Shown here piece after piece: positions 1 through 13,900 of a stretch of 64,000 nt of DNA. The notes under the pieces are model-generated. The model had not been told where the DNA came from and did not search any database. It saw only the letters and a program-made list of their open reading frames with translations. Position 1 is the stretch's first letter; every line of letters starts with the position of its first letter. The stretch spans positions 620,001-684,000 of the forward strand of contig CAJFCJ010000014.1 in assembly GCA_904063045.1 (NCBI GenBank), read 5' to 3'. A program made the translations under genes and the position numbers. This DNA is from Dimorphilus gyrociliatus (Eukaryota; Animalia; Annelida).

Positions 1-125
1 GGAATGCGAGAGTGTCTCTTATAATTATTAAAGTATAGATTTGTAATCGAATTGAGATTGTAATTGAAAAAAATTTGAACAATAATAATATAAAAGTCTA
101 TATGAAATTGTACAGAGTGAAGCAT

Positions 126-775
126 TCATTCAGATGTACTAGAACTTGTAGTGGGTTCAGGCGCTTCCTCAGTATTTCCAGCATCAGCTTTATCGTCTAC
201 TACTATTGATTTTCGACTAGTTTCTTTCTGAATATTATAATGTAGTTTGCTTAATCTCTCCTAAGAAAAAGAGAAAAAAATTAGATATATTTATGTATTT
301 GTATTAGATAGCTGATCGAAAGTATTCCTTATGGTGCAAACCTGGGCATTCTGTAAGATATTATTGACTATATTTATACGTCGACGTGTATTATTTAGTT
401 TCTTAACATATGGGTTAAGATCAGCTGGAATGCCATGCGATTCAGATATTTTTTTCAAGTCTGCAAACAAAAAATATATTAACTTTGACAATTATGCATT
501 CAATGTACTAACCGTCATTTAGTATTTCTATACTGTGTTGCAAATCAACTTGACTTTGTCTATAAATTTATTACAAAGTAACAATCTTAATTTGCGAAAA
601 TTATGAACTGCTTAAAATATCGTTCCAACCTTACTGAACGAACACGATCGTCAACTTCCTGTACAGCTGGTGTAAGCAAGGATAATAAGCCTTCAGTAAC
701 GGCCTCCTGAGTATCATATTCTCCTGCTATTCGACCGGTTCCCGGGGCTGATAGAGCTTCTTCCTCACTCGACAT
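126..775 (-). CDS. SNAPIN: SNAPIN (BLOC-1 subunit 7), 4 exons
   Basis: Hand-spliced protein MSSEEE...EGLLSLLTPAVQEVDDRVRSVR-QSQVDLQHSIEILND-DLKKISESHGIPADLNPYVKKLNNTRRRINIVNNILQNAQ-ERLSKLHYNIQKETSRK matches SNAPIN motifs. Introns are GT-AG; stop TGA at 128-126. Confidence 0.9.
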
Positions 776-1099
776 TTGCCTATTGTTACACCTACAAGTG
801 TTAACCGGTTGGACAGATGACCGGTCATTGATTATTTTCAAACACTTTAACTTTATAAATTTGGCTTTTTTCTACGCCCACATTTTGTAAAATGTCTTTT
901 TTAAAGAACAATATTCGAAATTTAAAATAATGATAAAAATATATTTTCTCCTCATTACTGTAGGCTCACATTTGATAATTTATTAAATAACAGTGTTTTG
1001 ATGTAAAGGGTGATATCATGAGAACGAAATGCGTTATTTTTCCAACAACAAAAAATGAGAATTGTAATATAAAACATTGTCCTAGGAACTGGCAGTCAA

Positions 1100-3145
1100 C
1101 TATAATTCATCTTTATCAGCGCCGGCTTCTTCGCTACCTTCTGGAGGTGGTGGGGCTCCTCCGGCACCTTGGTAATGTTTGCTCATGATTGGTTGAACAA
1201 TTTCTTCCAATTCCTTTTTCTGTGCTTTGAAATCCTCAGCTTCTGCTTCTTGATGGCTTTCCAACCAGCTTATTTTTTCGGTAACAGCTTTTTCGACGGT
1301 GGACTTGTCTTCTTCGTTTAATTTACCACCCAATTTTTCCTTATCGCTCAATTGGTTCTTTAGAGAGTAGGCGTATGATTCTAACTCATTTCTGGCTTCA
1401 ACTCTATCCTTAACTTTCTTGTCATCGTCAGCGAATTTTTCAGCATCGTTAATCATACGTTCAATATCATCAGGAGACAATCTGTTTTGATCGTTATTGA
1501 TAACAATGTTGTTCTTGTTTCCAGTACCCTTATCTTCAGCGGATACCTTCAAGATACCGTTAACATCGATTTCAAAAGTAACTTCGATTTGGGGAACACC
1601 ACGGAGTGCTGGTGGGATTCCAGTTAAATCGAATTTTCCCAACAAGTGGTTGTCTTTCGTCATGGGTCTCTCACCCTCGAAAACTTGGATTGTGACTGTG
1701 GGTTGATTATCAGCAGCAGTTGAGAAGATTTGAGATTTCTTAGTGGGAATGACAGTGTTTCTTGGGATAAGCTTGGTCATAACACCTCCGACGGTTTCGA
1801 TACCCATAGTAAGAGGGTTAACATCCAAAAGAACCAAATCTCCAGTATCTTGTTCACCAGAGAGTACACCAGCTTGAACAGCAGCACCATAGGCAACAGC
1901 TTCATCAGGGTTGATACCTCTGGATGGTTCTTTGCCACCGAAAAATTCTTTAACCAATTGTTGGACTTTAGGGATACGGGTGGAACCTCCAACCAAAACG
2001 ATTTCATCAATATCTTTCTTTTGTAAATCAGCATCTTCCATAACTTTTTGTACTGGTTTCATGGTAGAACGGAACAAGTCCATGTTCAATTCTTCAAATT
2101 TGGCACGGGTCAAAGTTTCAGAGAAATCTTCACCATCGAAAAGAGATTCAATTTCAATTCTGGCTTGATGCTGAGATGACAAAGCTCTCTTTGCTTTTTC
2201 AACTTCTCTTCTCAATTTTTGAACTGCTCTGTTGGATTTTCTGATATCTTTTCCCTTCTTCTTCTTGTAAAGCTTGATGAAATGTTCGATAACTCTTTGA
2301 TCAAAATCTTCACCACCCAAATGAGTGTCACCATTAGTGGCAACTACTTCAAAAACTCCATTGTCGATTGTCAAAAGCGAAACATCGAAGGTACCACCAC
2401 CCAAATCAAAGACCAAGATGTTCTTTTCACCTTCTTTCTTGTCTAAACCATAGGCAATAGCTGCAGCTGTTGGTTCGTTGATGATTCTCATAACATTCAA
2501 TCCAGCGATGGTTCCGGCGTCTTTAGTTGCTTGACGTTGAGCATCGTTGAAATAGGCAGGAACGGTAACAACGGCGTGAGTAACAGTTTTGCCAAGGTAA
2601 GCTTCAGCAACTTCCCTCATTTTACTCAGAACCATAGCAGAGATTTCTTCAGGTGCGAAAACTTTACGTTCTTCACCTACTTGAACATCAATGTGTGGCT
2701 TATTGTTCTTGTTTACAACCTTAAATGGGAACAATTTGATGTCTGATTGTACAGTAGACTCGGTAAAGATTCTTCCGATCAAACGTTTAGCATCAAAGAC
2801 GGTGTTTTCAGGATTTGTAGTCAATTGATTCTTGGCAGCATCACCAATCAAACGTTCACCTTCGCCTGTGAAAGCAACGTATGAGGGTGTGATTCTGTTT
2901 CCTTGATCATTGGCGATAATTTCAACACGTCCATTTTTGAATACACCAACACTATGAATGATATAGATTGTTAGGGTCAACGATATTGATAATGATTCAT
3001 TAACTTACCATGAGTATGTAGTTCCAAGATCGATACCAATAACAGTTCCTACATTTTCTTTGTCATCCTTCTTCTTTTTCTCCTCCTCACTGTGTACAAG
3101 TGCTGCTATGAACGCAACACATACTAGTCCGACGAAAAACTTCAT
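1100..3145 (-). CDS. HSPA5: ER Hsp70 chaperone BiP/GRP78, about 662 aa, 2 coding exons (intron 2952-3008)
   Basis: Signal peptide [41 protein letters not shown] and [11 protein letters not shown] motifs, C-terminal KDEL. Confidence 0.98.
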
Positions 3146-3366
3146 TCTGAGAAAATGTTAACGTGTACAATCACATGTTCAAATTTTATACCATATACAT
3201 TAAATCTAGCCAAAGTCATCTTTTTTAACTTACTTTATTTTTAAGGTTAAACTCAAAAGAAAACGACTCAATATATTTATTTATAATTTGATACGTACTT
3301 CTTCGGTATTTTCAATTAATTTGCTTCGATATCTAGCGATCAGTCCTTTTTACGTCCGGCTGAATT

Positions 3367-3385
3367 CGTGTCGAACGATGATTGG
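3367..3385 (-). promoter_or_regulatory. ERSE-like element upstream of BiP
   Basis: Minus strand reads CCAAT-catcgttcg-ACACG, i.e. CCAAT-N9-CCACG with one mismatch. A further CCAAT lies at 3414-3418. Confidence 0.6.
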
Positions 3386-3708
3386 TCCAGATCAACAGAT
3401 TTGGCTATCAGTGATTGGTTGATCACCCACGCCGACAGAAAAGTACACGTGTTATTACACGTTTTCCGTTTTAATGTACTTCGGTTTAAAACGACACCGA
3501 TTGCATCATTTTTAAGCAATTAAATTTTTTTATTAGCCTATTTAAAGGTTTTCGGTAAAAAAAATAGGCTTCATCAATAAATGATAGAGTTTTAGGGTTT
3601 TTAAAAGGAACTATTTTTATGGAAAAAAAGTGCAAACCGGAAAGTCATTTCTGAATATCCGGTAAAGTATCGATCATTTGAACCTCAAACCCACGAGGAG
3701 AAGTTAGT

Positions 3709-3759
3709 AGAAATTTCAAGAAATTTCCTGAAACTTCTAAAAACTTCTAGAAGCTTTCT
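3709..3759. promoter_or_regulatory. Extended heat-shock element (nGAAn/nTTCn array)
   Basis: GAAatTTCaaGAAatTTCctGAAacTTCtaAAAacTTCtaGAAgcTTT: ten in-phase pentamers, eight of them perfect. Confidence 0.75.
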
Positions 3760-4029
3760 TTTATAGCATAGCTTTCCAGTTTCTTCTTCCTTAAGAACAG
3801 TCTAATCAAGTGACTCGTAATGCACAATTGGCGAAGCATTTCGGCATCAATTGCACTTTGCTGTCAAACCACGTGGTCGTGAAAAAGTACAAATGTAAGT
3901 GTTTTTCTTTTGAAATTTTGTTTAAATTGGATGGAATATGCATTATCATTGATTATGCTGTATCCATTTTGTCCCATAATTTACTTATGGGACAAAATTA
4001 ATTATTTACTTTAAAAAGTTAATTTCAAA

Positions 4030-5330
4030 ATGGCGGCTTCTACAAAATCTTATTTTTTAAAATAGATACAATACTAGACTATAAGTATGTGAACTATGAA
4101 GAATACCACAAAAGGAAATCAAAATTAGCAAATTTCGACTGTTCACTGGCGATATTGAGGAAACACGTGGTCACGACTTTTGAACAGGTAAGACTATTGT
4201 TTTTAATATTTTCCAATTTAATCAATGATGCATAAACGAATATTTGCTACTCCTTACTTAATGGATGACGAGTATCCCACCAAGATCTCTGAGAAAGCTT
4301 TAATTTGTAAAATAAAATGAAAATTTTTCAAATTATATAGTATAGTTTGCATTTCAGAATTGAAGATGGCTTCTACCAAAATTATTCGACTCCGAGTTCT
4401 TCGAGTAAGTCAACCATTCTTTTACAATTACTAATTGAATGATAACTGATGAATATATAAAGAATCAGACTATTCGTGGTGAAATGATATTAGCTCTATC
4501 TGACATAAACAGCACAAACTGTTTAAATTATTTATAACCAATTCCGAATATCAAATAATTGTTTACTTCGGAATTGGTTAGGATTTGCTTGATGATTATG
4601 AATATAAACTCTTATTAAATATTTTCTTTCTTACAGGAAAAGAACACAATTAGGTAAGGTTCCGAGATTTCGTCTATAAGCAAGTTTTGTAAGGCTATTT
4701 GACTTTGTGATGACAAAACTACTTGAATGTGGGAATCTCTCTGAAAAATAATGAAAGATTAGGTTAACTGAAAGCTAGCCAACAAACTCTAACACTTCTC
4801 TACTCAATATCAGAAAATAATAAACTATTTTTAACAGAAATTATCGGTTTTAAAGCCTGGAGAAAGTAGAAAAGGTAAGCATTTTATTTAATTTCATATA
4901 TAGATTTATCGAAAATGATGAAAACAGATAGGGACAATTGATTAAATCATGATAATATTTACAGACCTGTACTGAAATTTATAATTTAATTACAAATAAG
5001 TGTTGCTTTTTAAGACATTGATTAAAATGTTGTTTTTTTCCTTTTTTAGCAGAACACAACGACTTCAAAAGCCGGAAAAAACTAATGTAAGTTAAATTTC
5101 TATTATAGAAGTAATATTTTATCATGATGTAAAACTTTGGGACGTAATTATGATTTATATGATAACATCTTAACCTCTTCTGACTAATGATTTATACTTT
5201 AAAGTTCAATATAATAGGTAAATAACTAACTTTTCGCTTTTTTACAGATATTGGAGGTAAGGAATCGAAAACAAACGTCAGGAACGTCTTAAAAAATGAT
5301 GATTCTTTCATCATGTTCAACTGCACTGAA
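4030..5330 (+). pseudogene. Possible degenerate multi-exon gene of unknown family, divergent from BiP
   Basis: ATG lies in a CAAAATGGCGGC context and there are several exon-like blocks with gtaag donors and yag acceptors. The frame breaks in a homopolymer near 4055 and the exons do not join in frame. Confidence 0.25.
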
Positions 5331-6199
5331 TATTTTTGAAGATTATATATATCTGATCAAAACAATTTAATGAATTAATTATCTGTACTGTAAAAAATAG
5401 TCTTATGATAATCAATACAACAGATGGACACACGAAGTAAGAAGAACGATCTTCTAGAGAAGTTGATTGAAAATTGATCAAAAATACAATTTCAAAATCT
5501 AAATGATAGATAATACAATTTTTTTCTGCAATAATAAATTTACTAGACAATAAATATTAATTTATCTGAAAAATAAGGAACTTTTTTCTCTTGTTAATAG
5601 GGCGTACTATTTTACTCTATTATTCTATTTGCTTTAAATGAGCAATGCAAACATTGACAACAGTATATATATGTAAATTGATTCTATGTCTTCCGCTTTT
5701 TGATAATGCAATATTGTAAATTAATATGTTTGCGACCATGCTTCAAGAATAACAAATTGTCAGCCTATAAAGTCAAAATAATTACTAAATTGGGCCGAAT
5801 TCTCTATTTACCCAGTGACTGTTGAAAAGTAAGAATTTAGACTGCGAGTTATCAAATCAAGGTGAGAATATTGAGAAAAATATCTTGATTGATTTGAAAG
5901 AAAAAATTCCCTCGACGTTTAAAAAATCGCATTATCAAAAGATAATTATGCAGAAAACATGAAAAATCAAATTTATTTGGAAGTAACGACATTTAAAAAT
6001 ACTGTTAAAAGGAGATTATGCGATAAACGTTCACTTAATCTTTTTCGGACTTGACCAACAAGCTTTATTATAGATTTTTTGGTTGTTATGATGTGAATTT
6101 GAGAGATTTCAAAAGAGATTAGTAACAGATTGTACCAACAATGATTTCCATCTAGCAATATCCGACGATATAGTTTTAAAGGAAGGAAGAATTTCAACC

Positions 6200-6620
6200 G
6201 AAGATGACTTGAGCATTGATAAATTACGTCATATCAAGATGCAGACATCATTTTATTCTAATTGGTTCGTTTCCATAATCTACAATATTCGTTAAAAAGT
6301 TACAATTCAAATACTCATTACAGGCAATTCTAAACATCTGAAGGAAGTGATAAATGAAAGGATTAAAGATAAACATTACACAAAGGGAAAGTTTAGAAAA
6401 GTTAATTGAAGAAGAACTCGATATCTACAAAGAATGAATTATGATTGTAATAAGTAGAGAGGAGTTTTTGATGAATACGTTAATGAATCTGATAAAATAA
6501 AATATATATTAGAATATTTTAATGATTAAATCAAACGGACAGCAGACAACAGCTATTCAAGCTGCTTTAGATAAGGATTTCGCACTAATTCAAGGTCCAA
6601 CTGGTAACTGGAAAGAGTTT
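6200..6620 (+). pseudogene. Decayed HELZ2-like/SF1 helicase remnant
   Basis: 6538-6618 translates QQTTAIQAALDKDFALIQGPTG, then TGKS after a +1 frameshift (Walker A). Upstream sequence has stops and only weak similarity. Confidence 0.55.
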
Positions 6621-7219
6621 GAAAACTGCCTTCAAAAGTGATCAGTGTTTGGCTGGTAACGAAATGAGAATTAGTACAAACTTACTTTCTTTGTTTTTGA
6701 ATATCAAGGTACAACCGAAGAACGCTAGAATAGATAGAAAGGATATTGAGACAATTAATAAAGGAAGGTGCTGAGATGAAAATTAATGGATAATGGATAA
6801 ATTTTGAAAATGAAGAAAATAAATGTTCAAACAACGACAGCGATCTTCTCGATAAAATAATAAAAGACTGAAGGAATACTGTTATTATTATTAATGCAAG
6901 AGGAAAAAGAACTGGGACATTGTTTGAATTTTGCGAAACACTTAGGATAAACAAATAATCAATAAACGAATTTCTCAAAACGGTTTTTCTATCTTTTCAA
7001 AACAGTCATCTGTTTCCTGGGAATTTTGTTCTTATCTAAATATTCTTTATTTACTGATATGATAAAAAGATTTTATGGTAACATTACAAATAGCATAATG
7101 GTATTAAATCCTTCAGGGGTATTCTTTCATTTTATTCGTGTAAAAAATGTGTAATACGTCTACTATGAACTTTTGGGGTTTTACAACAATCTGTTGTCCA
7201 AATGCCTGTAATGATTAAA

Positions 7220-7229
7220 GCGCATGCGC
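7220..7229. promoter_or_regulatory. NRF1-type palindrome in the upstream region of HELZ2-like copy A
   Basis: GCGCATGCGC, also present in the homologous region of copy B (42960-42969). Confidence 0.5.
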
Positions 7230-7984
7230 TCATAGTATGGTTCCTTTTTACTTTACGTTACGTTACCTCTCATCATAAACCAAAAGGAGCTTTTTAAGGA
7301 TTGTAAGCAAGTACTGTTTTGTGTTTGCTTCTTATAAATACATAAATAACTAGTTAAGACAAAAGGAAATTTTTCTTTTAATTGTTGAAATTGAGTTTTT
7401 TTCGATGTTGCGTAATATATTATGGCCTATATTAAGCAATACAATTGTATTGTATATAAACTTATGTATTAATAAATATAGCTTTTATTGAGTCATTCTT
7501 TAAAATTCATTGGTTTTATAGATAAATAAATATAAATATATTAATGACGTATGAAAAAGAAATCGTAGATTTCCTAAGAGAATAAATTGGTTAATTATAG
7601 TAAAATCTATTACAATCCGATTAAACTTGTTTTTAGGTATAGGAAAGCTAGTACACGTCATTGAATATCTTACCTAAAATTAATTGAATGTGTTATTTTA
7701 CAGATATCGATTGTTTCGTCTGAGGACAGCGAAACTGAAAGTAGGAAAATTTTTTTTTTTAAATATGCTGTATATTACTGCTTGCACGATACCATATGCT
7801 TCAGAATTGTTTTAACAACGTAGATTCTAAGTTTGGAATATATTAATTATTTATTTCTAAGCTAATAATCGTTAATTCAAGGTTTGTATAATCTCTATTT
7901 TTCCGTATACATAGATATTATTAATAATTAGTTGAGCATTGTTATTAGACGCTAATTTCTTTTTCAGTTTCTAAAATATACGAT

Positions 7985-10900
7985 ATGGCGAATTCTTCTC
8001 AGAACAGGTTCCCGTATTATCTGGACAAAACTGTGCCTTTTCCAATTCCTTTTCGTAATTTCCCTACACAATTTAGTGTACCTCCACCTTCACTAGGTTT
8101 TTACAATACCTGTGTTAGAAATATGCCTCCCAACGTACCATATACTCCACAATTATCTCTACCGCATTATTGGCATCAACCACCCCCTTCAGCTACTGGG
8201 AGAGACTATGGCTTAATCAGAGAATTGATTCCTCCTATTGAATCAGTCGAGAGAAGAGACAACCAGCCTGAAACCAATATCTATAATAATAGCGATAATT
8301 CGAATGGAATATCAGACATTTGCTCAAATAACGAACCTACTACAAAACATGATTCTGCAACGACTAATATAATCTCAAATAGGGATACCTTGGAAAAGAG
8401 GGAGATGTGTCTTAAAATAAATAATGAAACCTATAAATTGTCAAAAGCATGTTTGCTGTGTTTTAGGTATCAAAAGAAAAAGAAAAAATATAAATGGGAA
8501 TTTGATTTAGATCATGTTTGTATGTTGAATTTGGTAATCGCTTGTAAAGACAAAGACAAAATTTATTGGCCAATTAGAAGTCGTTTACCTAACGCTAAAA
8601 ATTTCAAAATGGAACTATGTGAAAATGTTTCAAGGTGTGAAGATCACTGTACATCGCCACATAATATTGTTGAATTAGAATTATGGAATGCTGAAAGGAA
8701 CGGAAAGCTAGAAAAATCAATTGATGAAGTAGTCAAAACAGAGTTTTCTTTTTATTCAATAAACGGAAACTTTATTACCATTTCAAGAAAGGTTTTAAAA
8801 TTATTAAAAGGATGCCAAGACTGTTTCAAATACCATACTAAAGAAGGGAAACAACAATTAACCTATTTTAACCACCAACACGATTGTCTTACAACCAAAT
8901 TAATATTTTATTGTCAATCTACAAAAACATACTTTGAGATAAGACCTAATATTAATAAAAAAAAGCCTATATTGATTGAGAAATGTAAAAGATTTGCTAA
9001 AGGTTCTATTTGTCAAAAAAATGATAAAGAAAAATGCCGATTTTATCATCATGATTTGGAATTATTCATTTGGAACTGTATTTATAATAAAGTTTTGAAG
9101 TTTAATGATTTATTGAAGAGAGCGGAAACTTCTATCAAATATTCAAGTGCAAACAATAAATTCAAGCCTACAGGGAGCAAAATTGTTACAGAATCACCAC
9201 CAGATTTAAAATGGCTATGTAGCAAATGCTTTAAAAATGGACAAACATGTACAAGAGAACATCCATCGAAAACTTGTCATGTTTACAAGGAAAATGAATA
9301 TCATTGGGATATTCAAAAAGTTGCTGTTTATCAAAAAAAGATTATCCGATGGCCTCCAAAACGATATCTTGAAGAATGTCGAAATCAACTTGGACAAAAG
9401 ACTTGTCCTCTTGATGATAAATGCAAATTTGCACATTCAAAAGAAGAACTTCGAGTCTGGAAATGGATGCATAAACATAAATGTGAAGCGTTTGATCAAC
9501 TTATCAAGAGTTGCAAGCCTATTCAGAGTAAACACTCTTCGGACAATGAAAGAGTAAATACAACAATCTCTAATAATAACTTACCTTCAAGAGTTTGGAA
9601 TATTAGCGATAAAACAGGACTAATAAAGAAAGAATTTCCAGATTTACTATCTGGTAATCAAACAAAAACCTATACTTGTTTTCTATGTAATAATACTTGT
9701 AACTCGGAATCCCAGCTAAGACATCATTGCGATTCTCCAAAACATCGCTCCAAATCAAAGGACGATGAGAATTGGCGTTTTCGTAAACCGGATCCAGCTG
9801 AAAAGATGTCTGGATATTGTTTATGCGACAATCATTTCGATGGTAAAATATGTCAATATTCAAATCAACCTGAAGAATTGAATCTTTGTCCGAGAGCGCA
9901 TAGTGAAGAAGAGTTAAATGAATGGAGAATTAGGAAGAGATGCGATAATGAAAGAGAGAAATTGTCAAAAGAGGAAATGTCTTATGTAAAACATCAAAAG
10001 TCGAATTCAAAAAATTTTGTTGAACATTTAAATTACGTTAGAATATCAAATAACAAAGACGAAAGGAAGATATCAACACTAGAAGAACATTATGAATGGT
10101 CAATCACTTTGGAGGTGACTCTTTACTTTACTCAAAACTAAGTATAAAATGCTTTATTTCAACAGTCGAAAAGGAAACTTCAATACGCTCTCCTCCTTTA
10201 TGATTGTGGAAGGGCAAGTTTTTATATAGACTGTAAAGGAGAAAAGAAACACTTTTGTAAAGGATGTTCCCTTCAAATCTCAAATATGAATGGTAGGTCT
10301 AAAAACAACTGTTACTCCAATTACATAATTAAAAACTTATATTTCATTATAGATCGCTTTCAATATAATATTCTTTTGAAGTTTGAGAAATATCTATCTT
10401 ATTCTTATTGCCAATCTTTAATTCTTCAATTCGTCGATGACAAAAAAGTAGCTGAAGTGAAATTTGCAGTTGACACAATAAATATCAAGCAATTAAATGA
10501 TATTCAAACTAAACGTAATGATTATACCTTTACCTCATTGGATGCCGATCCTTGCAAGATTAATTTCTACGAGCATAGGCCTCTTAAACAGCCTGACTGG
10601 AAAATGAAAAATAATGACTTTGACATAAAAGATATATTTGATAAGAATTTTGAAAGTTTAACTCTAAAACGGAGAACTTACGAAGAATTTATGAAAAAAA
10701 TGATATGGCTTGAAGAGAAATGGGCCTATAAACTGGTTGAGGAAAAGTTCAATGGAACATATGAAATAGAATTGAAGAGTAACTATGTTTTCCCAAATGG
10801 AGAAACTATATGGCCCTTTTTAAAGGGCGAACTTTTCGCTCAAATTTCACTGAAAAATATCTGTTCACCTGATACGAACGAGGGTTACCTTTTGATGAGA

Positions 10901-13900
10901 TCTTGTGCTACTGCTCTTATTCAAACGGAGGATAAGTCCATTTATGAGGCAATTGTGGTAAAAAGTAGTGATTTTCAAATTCAATCTGAAGCTTTGACGA
11001 AAGATACCATTTTAGTCATTTTATCTAGAAAAATGGTAGAAGATTTGCATCTAAAATCAGAGCAGACTTTAAAAGGTCGTTTGCAATTTATTGTTGACTC
11101 GGAATCGTTTCGTTCTCATCTCTTCGCAGTGGAGAAAATTGTTGAATTCAAAGTTCATGACCGACTTTTTCCTAATACCAAAAATCTTTTGAATATAACT
11201 CGTCTACCAAAAATCGACTGGTCCAGATACGGATTTAAAGAGCCGAATACCCAACAACAAAAGGTTTTGGATAGAGTGATGTCACCGCCTCAGAGAGTAA
11301 ATCCTCTACTGTTAGTCTACGGTCCTTTTGGCACGGGAAAAACTGACACACTTGCCAGAATAACTGAATATGCTTTAGAGAGCTGTGATTCTAGTAGAAT
11401 TCTCATTTGCACTCATGTCAATGTTACTGCTGATATGTACATTGCAAAGTATTTTCATCAGAGACACAAGAAGATTTTACGAGTTGTTGATCCTCGTCGT
11501 TGGGTTTCAACCATAAATCAGCACAACAGAGAATACTGTTTGATGAATGATTCTCAACAGCATTTTAGACTTCCAAGCAGAGAAGAGGTTCGAAGTAATC
11601 GAATAATTATATGCACAACCGCAATATCTCTAGAACTCTATAAGTGAGTATTCATTGATTAGCAGCCGATGATTAATGTGAAGTTTATTCCTTATTATTA
11701 TTATCAACAGGTTAGGATTACGTGGAGAATTTACTCACATTCTGATTGACGAAGCTGGACAAATTCTTGAATGTGAAGCAATCATGCCATTACTTCTTAG
11801 TACTGATCAAACAAAAGTCATTTTGGCTGGTGATCATATGCAAATGACTCTACCGGTGAGGTCACCTTTAACTAGAAGCAAACAGTTTCATGTCTCTCTG
11901 TTAGAGAGGCTTGCTCGTTATTATACGGCATCTAATCAAAGCGTAACTGAGAGAGAAAGATGTTGTATCCTTTTCAATGAAAATTACCGAAGCCGACCGG
12001 AAATCTTGCAATTCCTTTCACAAAATTTTTACAAAGATAAAGCAAACATAACGTCTGTTGGAGAATTTCCACATTCAAACAAACCTTGTTTGTACTTTTA
12101 TCACGAAAACGGAAAGGAGGAGTTTGTAAATTTATCATATCGAAATATGGTAGAATTCAGTGCAACTTGTACAATTATCAAAGAACTCGTTGAAAAAGAA
12201 AACATTTTGTCCAGTAAAATATCTGTAATTGTATATTATAGAGAGCATATACAACTTTTAAGACGTTATTTGAGACGAATGCAGTATGGAGATGTAACGG
12301 TTCTAAGCACAGATGCTGTGCAAGGACAAGAATACGATATTATAATTATAAATACAGTAAGAACGAAGGAAACAGAAAGTGATGATGAACTGTTACTAGG
12401 CTTTCTCTCAGATCCAAATTTGGTTAATACAGCTCTATCAAGATCACGTGATCGTATTATCGTTATTGGCAATGCTACGAGTTTGATACAAATTGGAAAA
12501 TGTCAGAATTTATGGAGAAATTATATACAGCATTGTTTATCCAAAAATACAGCATTTCATCGAAATATGACAAGCGAAGAATTCAAATCGCTTCTTCATA
12601 GAAGAGAAAGAAGTGACAGTTTCGAATGGGAGAGGAAGATTGACGGAGACGTTATTCTTGAAAAATTAGGTGAAATGGACACCAGACATTCTCACAGCTC
12701 CACCAATGTAAGAAATGCGCGTAAACAATGGACAAAAGTAGATATTGAACAACAGCGACCAAAAGGACGACGTTTGATTCATGAAAGTGACGTTGATGTT
12801 GAAATGACAGCCGAAGATGCAGATTCTATACGACAATCTCAAGATTGGAGAGTTTTCGAACGATATCAAAGTAAAGAGTATCTTTCTCGGCTCTTAGAAG
12901 AGTCAGGGCATAGATATAAATTGTGTAAAATGTTTATAGTCACTGTAAACAACACGTGGGCCGAATATCAAGAAAACGGAATATACTACAAGGTTTCAAT
13001 TGATGGTTTAAAACATAGAGGCAGATCTTTTCATAATGACACTGTTGTTGTGGAAATACTTAGCGATATAAATAAAACGGAAGATATGTTTGGTAAAGTA
13101 GTTGGTATCTGGGAGAGAGAGAAGGATCCACGTCGATCACTATTTGTATGTTGGCCAGATATAGTTCCAGGAATGGCTATTCCATTAGATCACTCGATGC
13201 CAAAATTCTCATTATTTTCGCCTAGAATGAAAGATCACAAGACACAAAGGAAAATGAACAGGATTTCGATATACAGAATGACTCGTGATGACCATATCGA
13301 GTATGTGAATGACGAAATAGTTGATGCAGCCGATCCTGACAAATACGTGTTTGTTGTGAGATATTTAAAATGGAAGACGACTTGTTTGCATCCTCTGGGA
13401 GTTGCTGTTAGAGCTATAAAAGTTGGTGATAACATTGAAACGATAGATAAAATACTGAGAATTGAACACAACGTTCCAAGTGAAACGCAATCGGCTGTGA
13501 AAAATATTGTGAAATCGTATGAAATGTATAAATATTCTCTTCCAGAAGAGGCGACGAGGAATAGAACAGATTTGACAAAAGAATATATTTTCACCATAGA
13601 CCCTAAGGGATCTAGGGATCTCGACGACGCAATATCGTTCGAGGAAATAGGTGATGACAAATTACGAGTTGGAGTCCACATTGCCGACGTTGGATACTTT
13701 GTTAACAAAAACAATAGTGAAAGTCTATACAACTCTGCTTTACAAAGGGCAACATCTATGTATAGCAGAATAGGAGCGGTGACACACATGTTACCCGATG
13801 AATTGTCAAGCAATATCTGTTCTCTGCTACCTGGAGAGAAGCGATTAACTAAATCAGTATTTTTCACAATCACTTCAACCGGAGAAGTAGAGGACGAAGA

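Noticed and set aside
3414-3431. ATTGG...CCACG as an ERSE-II
   Set aside because: The spacer is 8 nt, whereas ERSE-II requires 1 nt.
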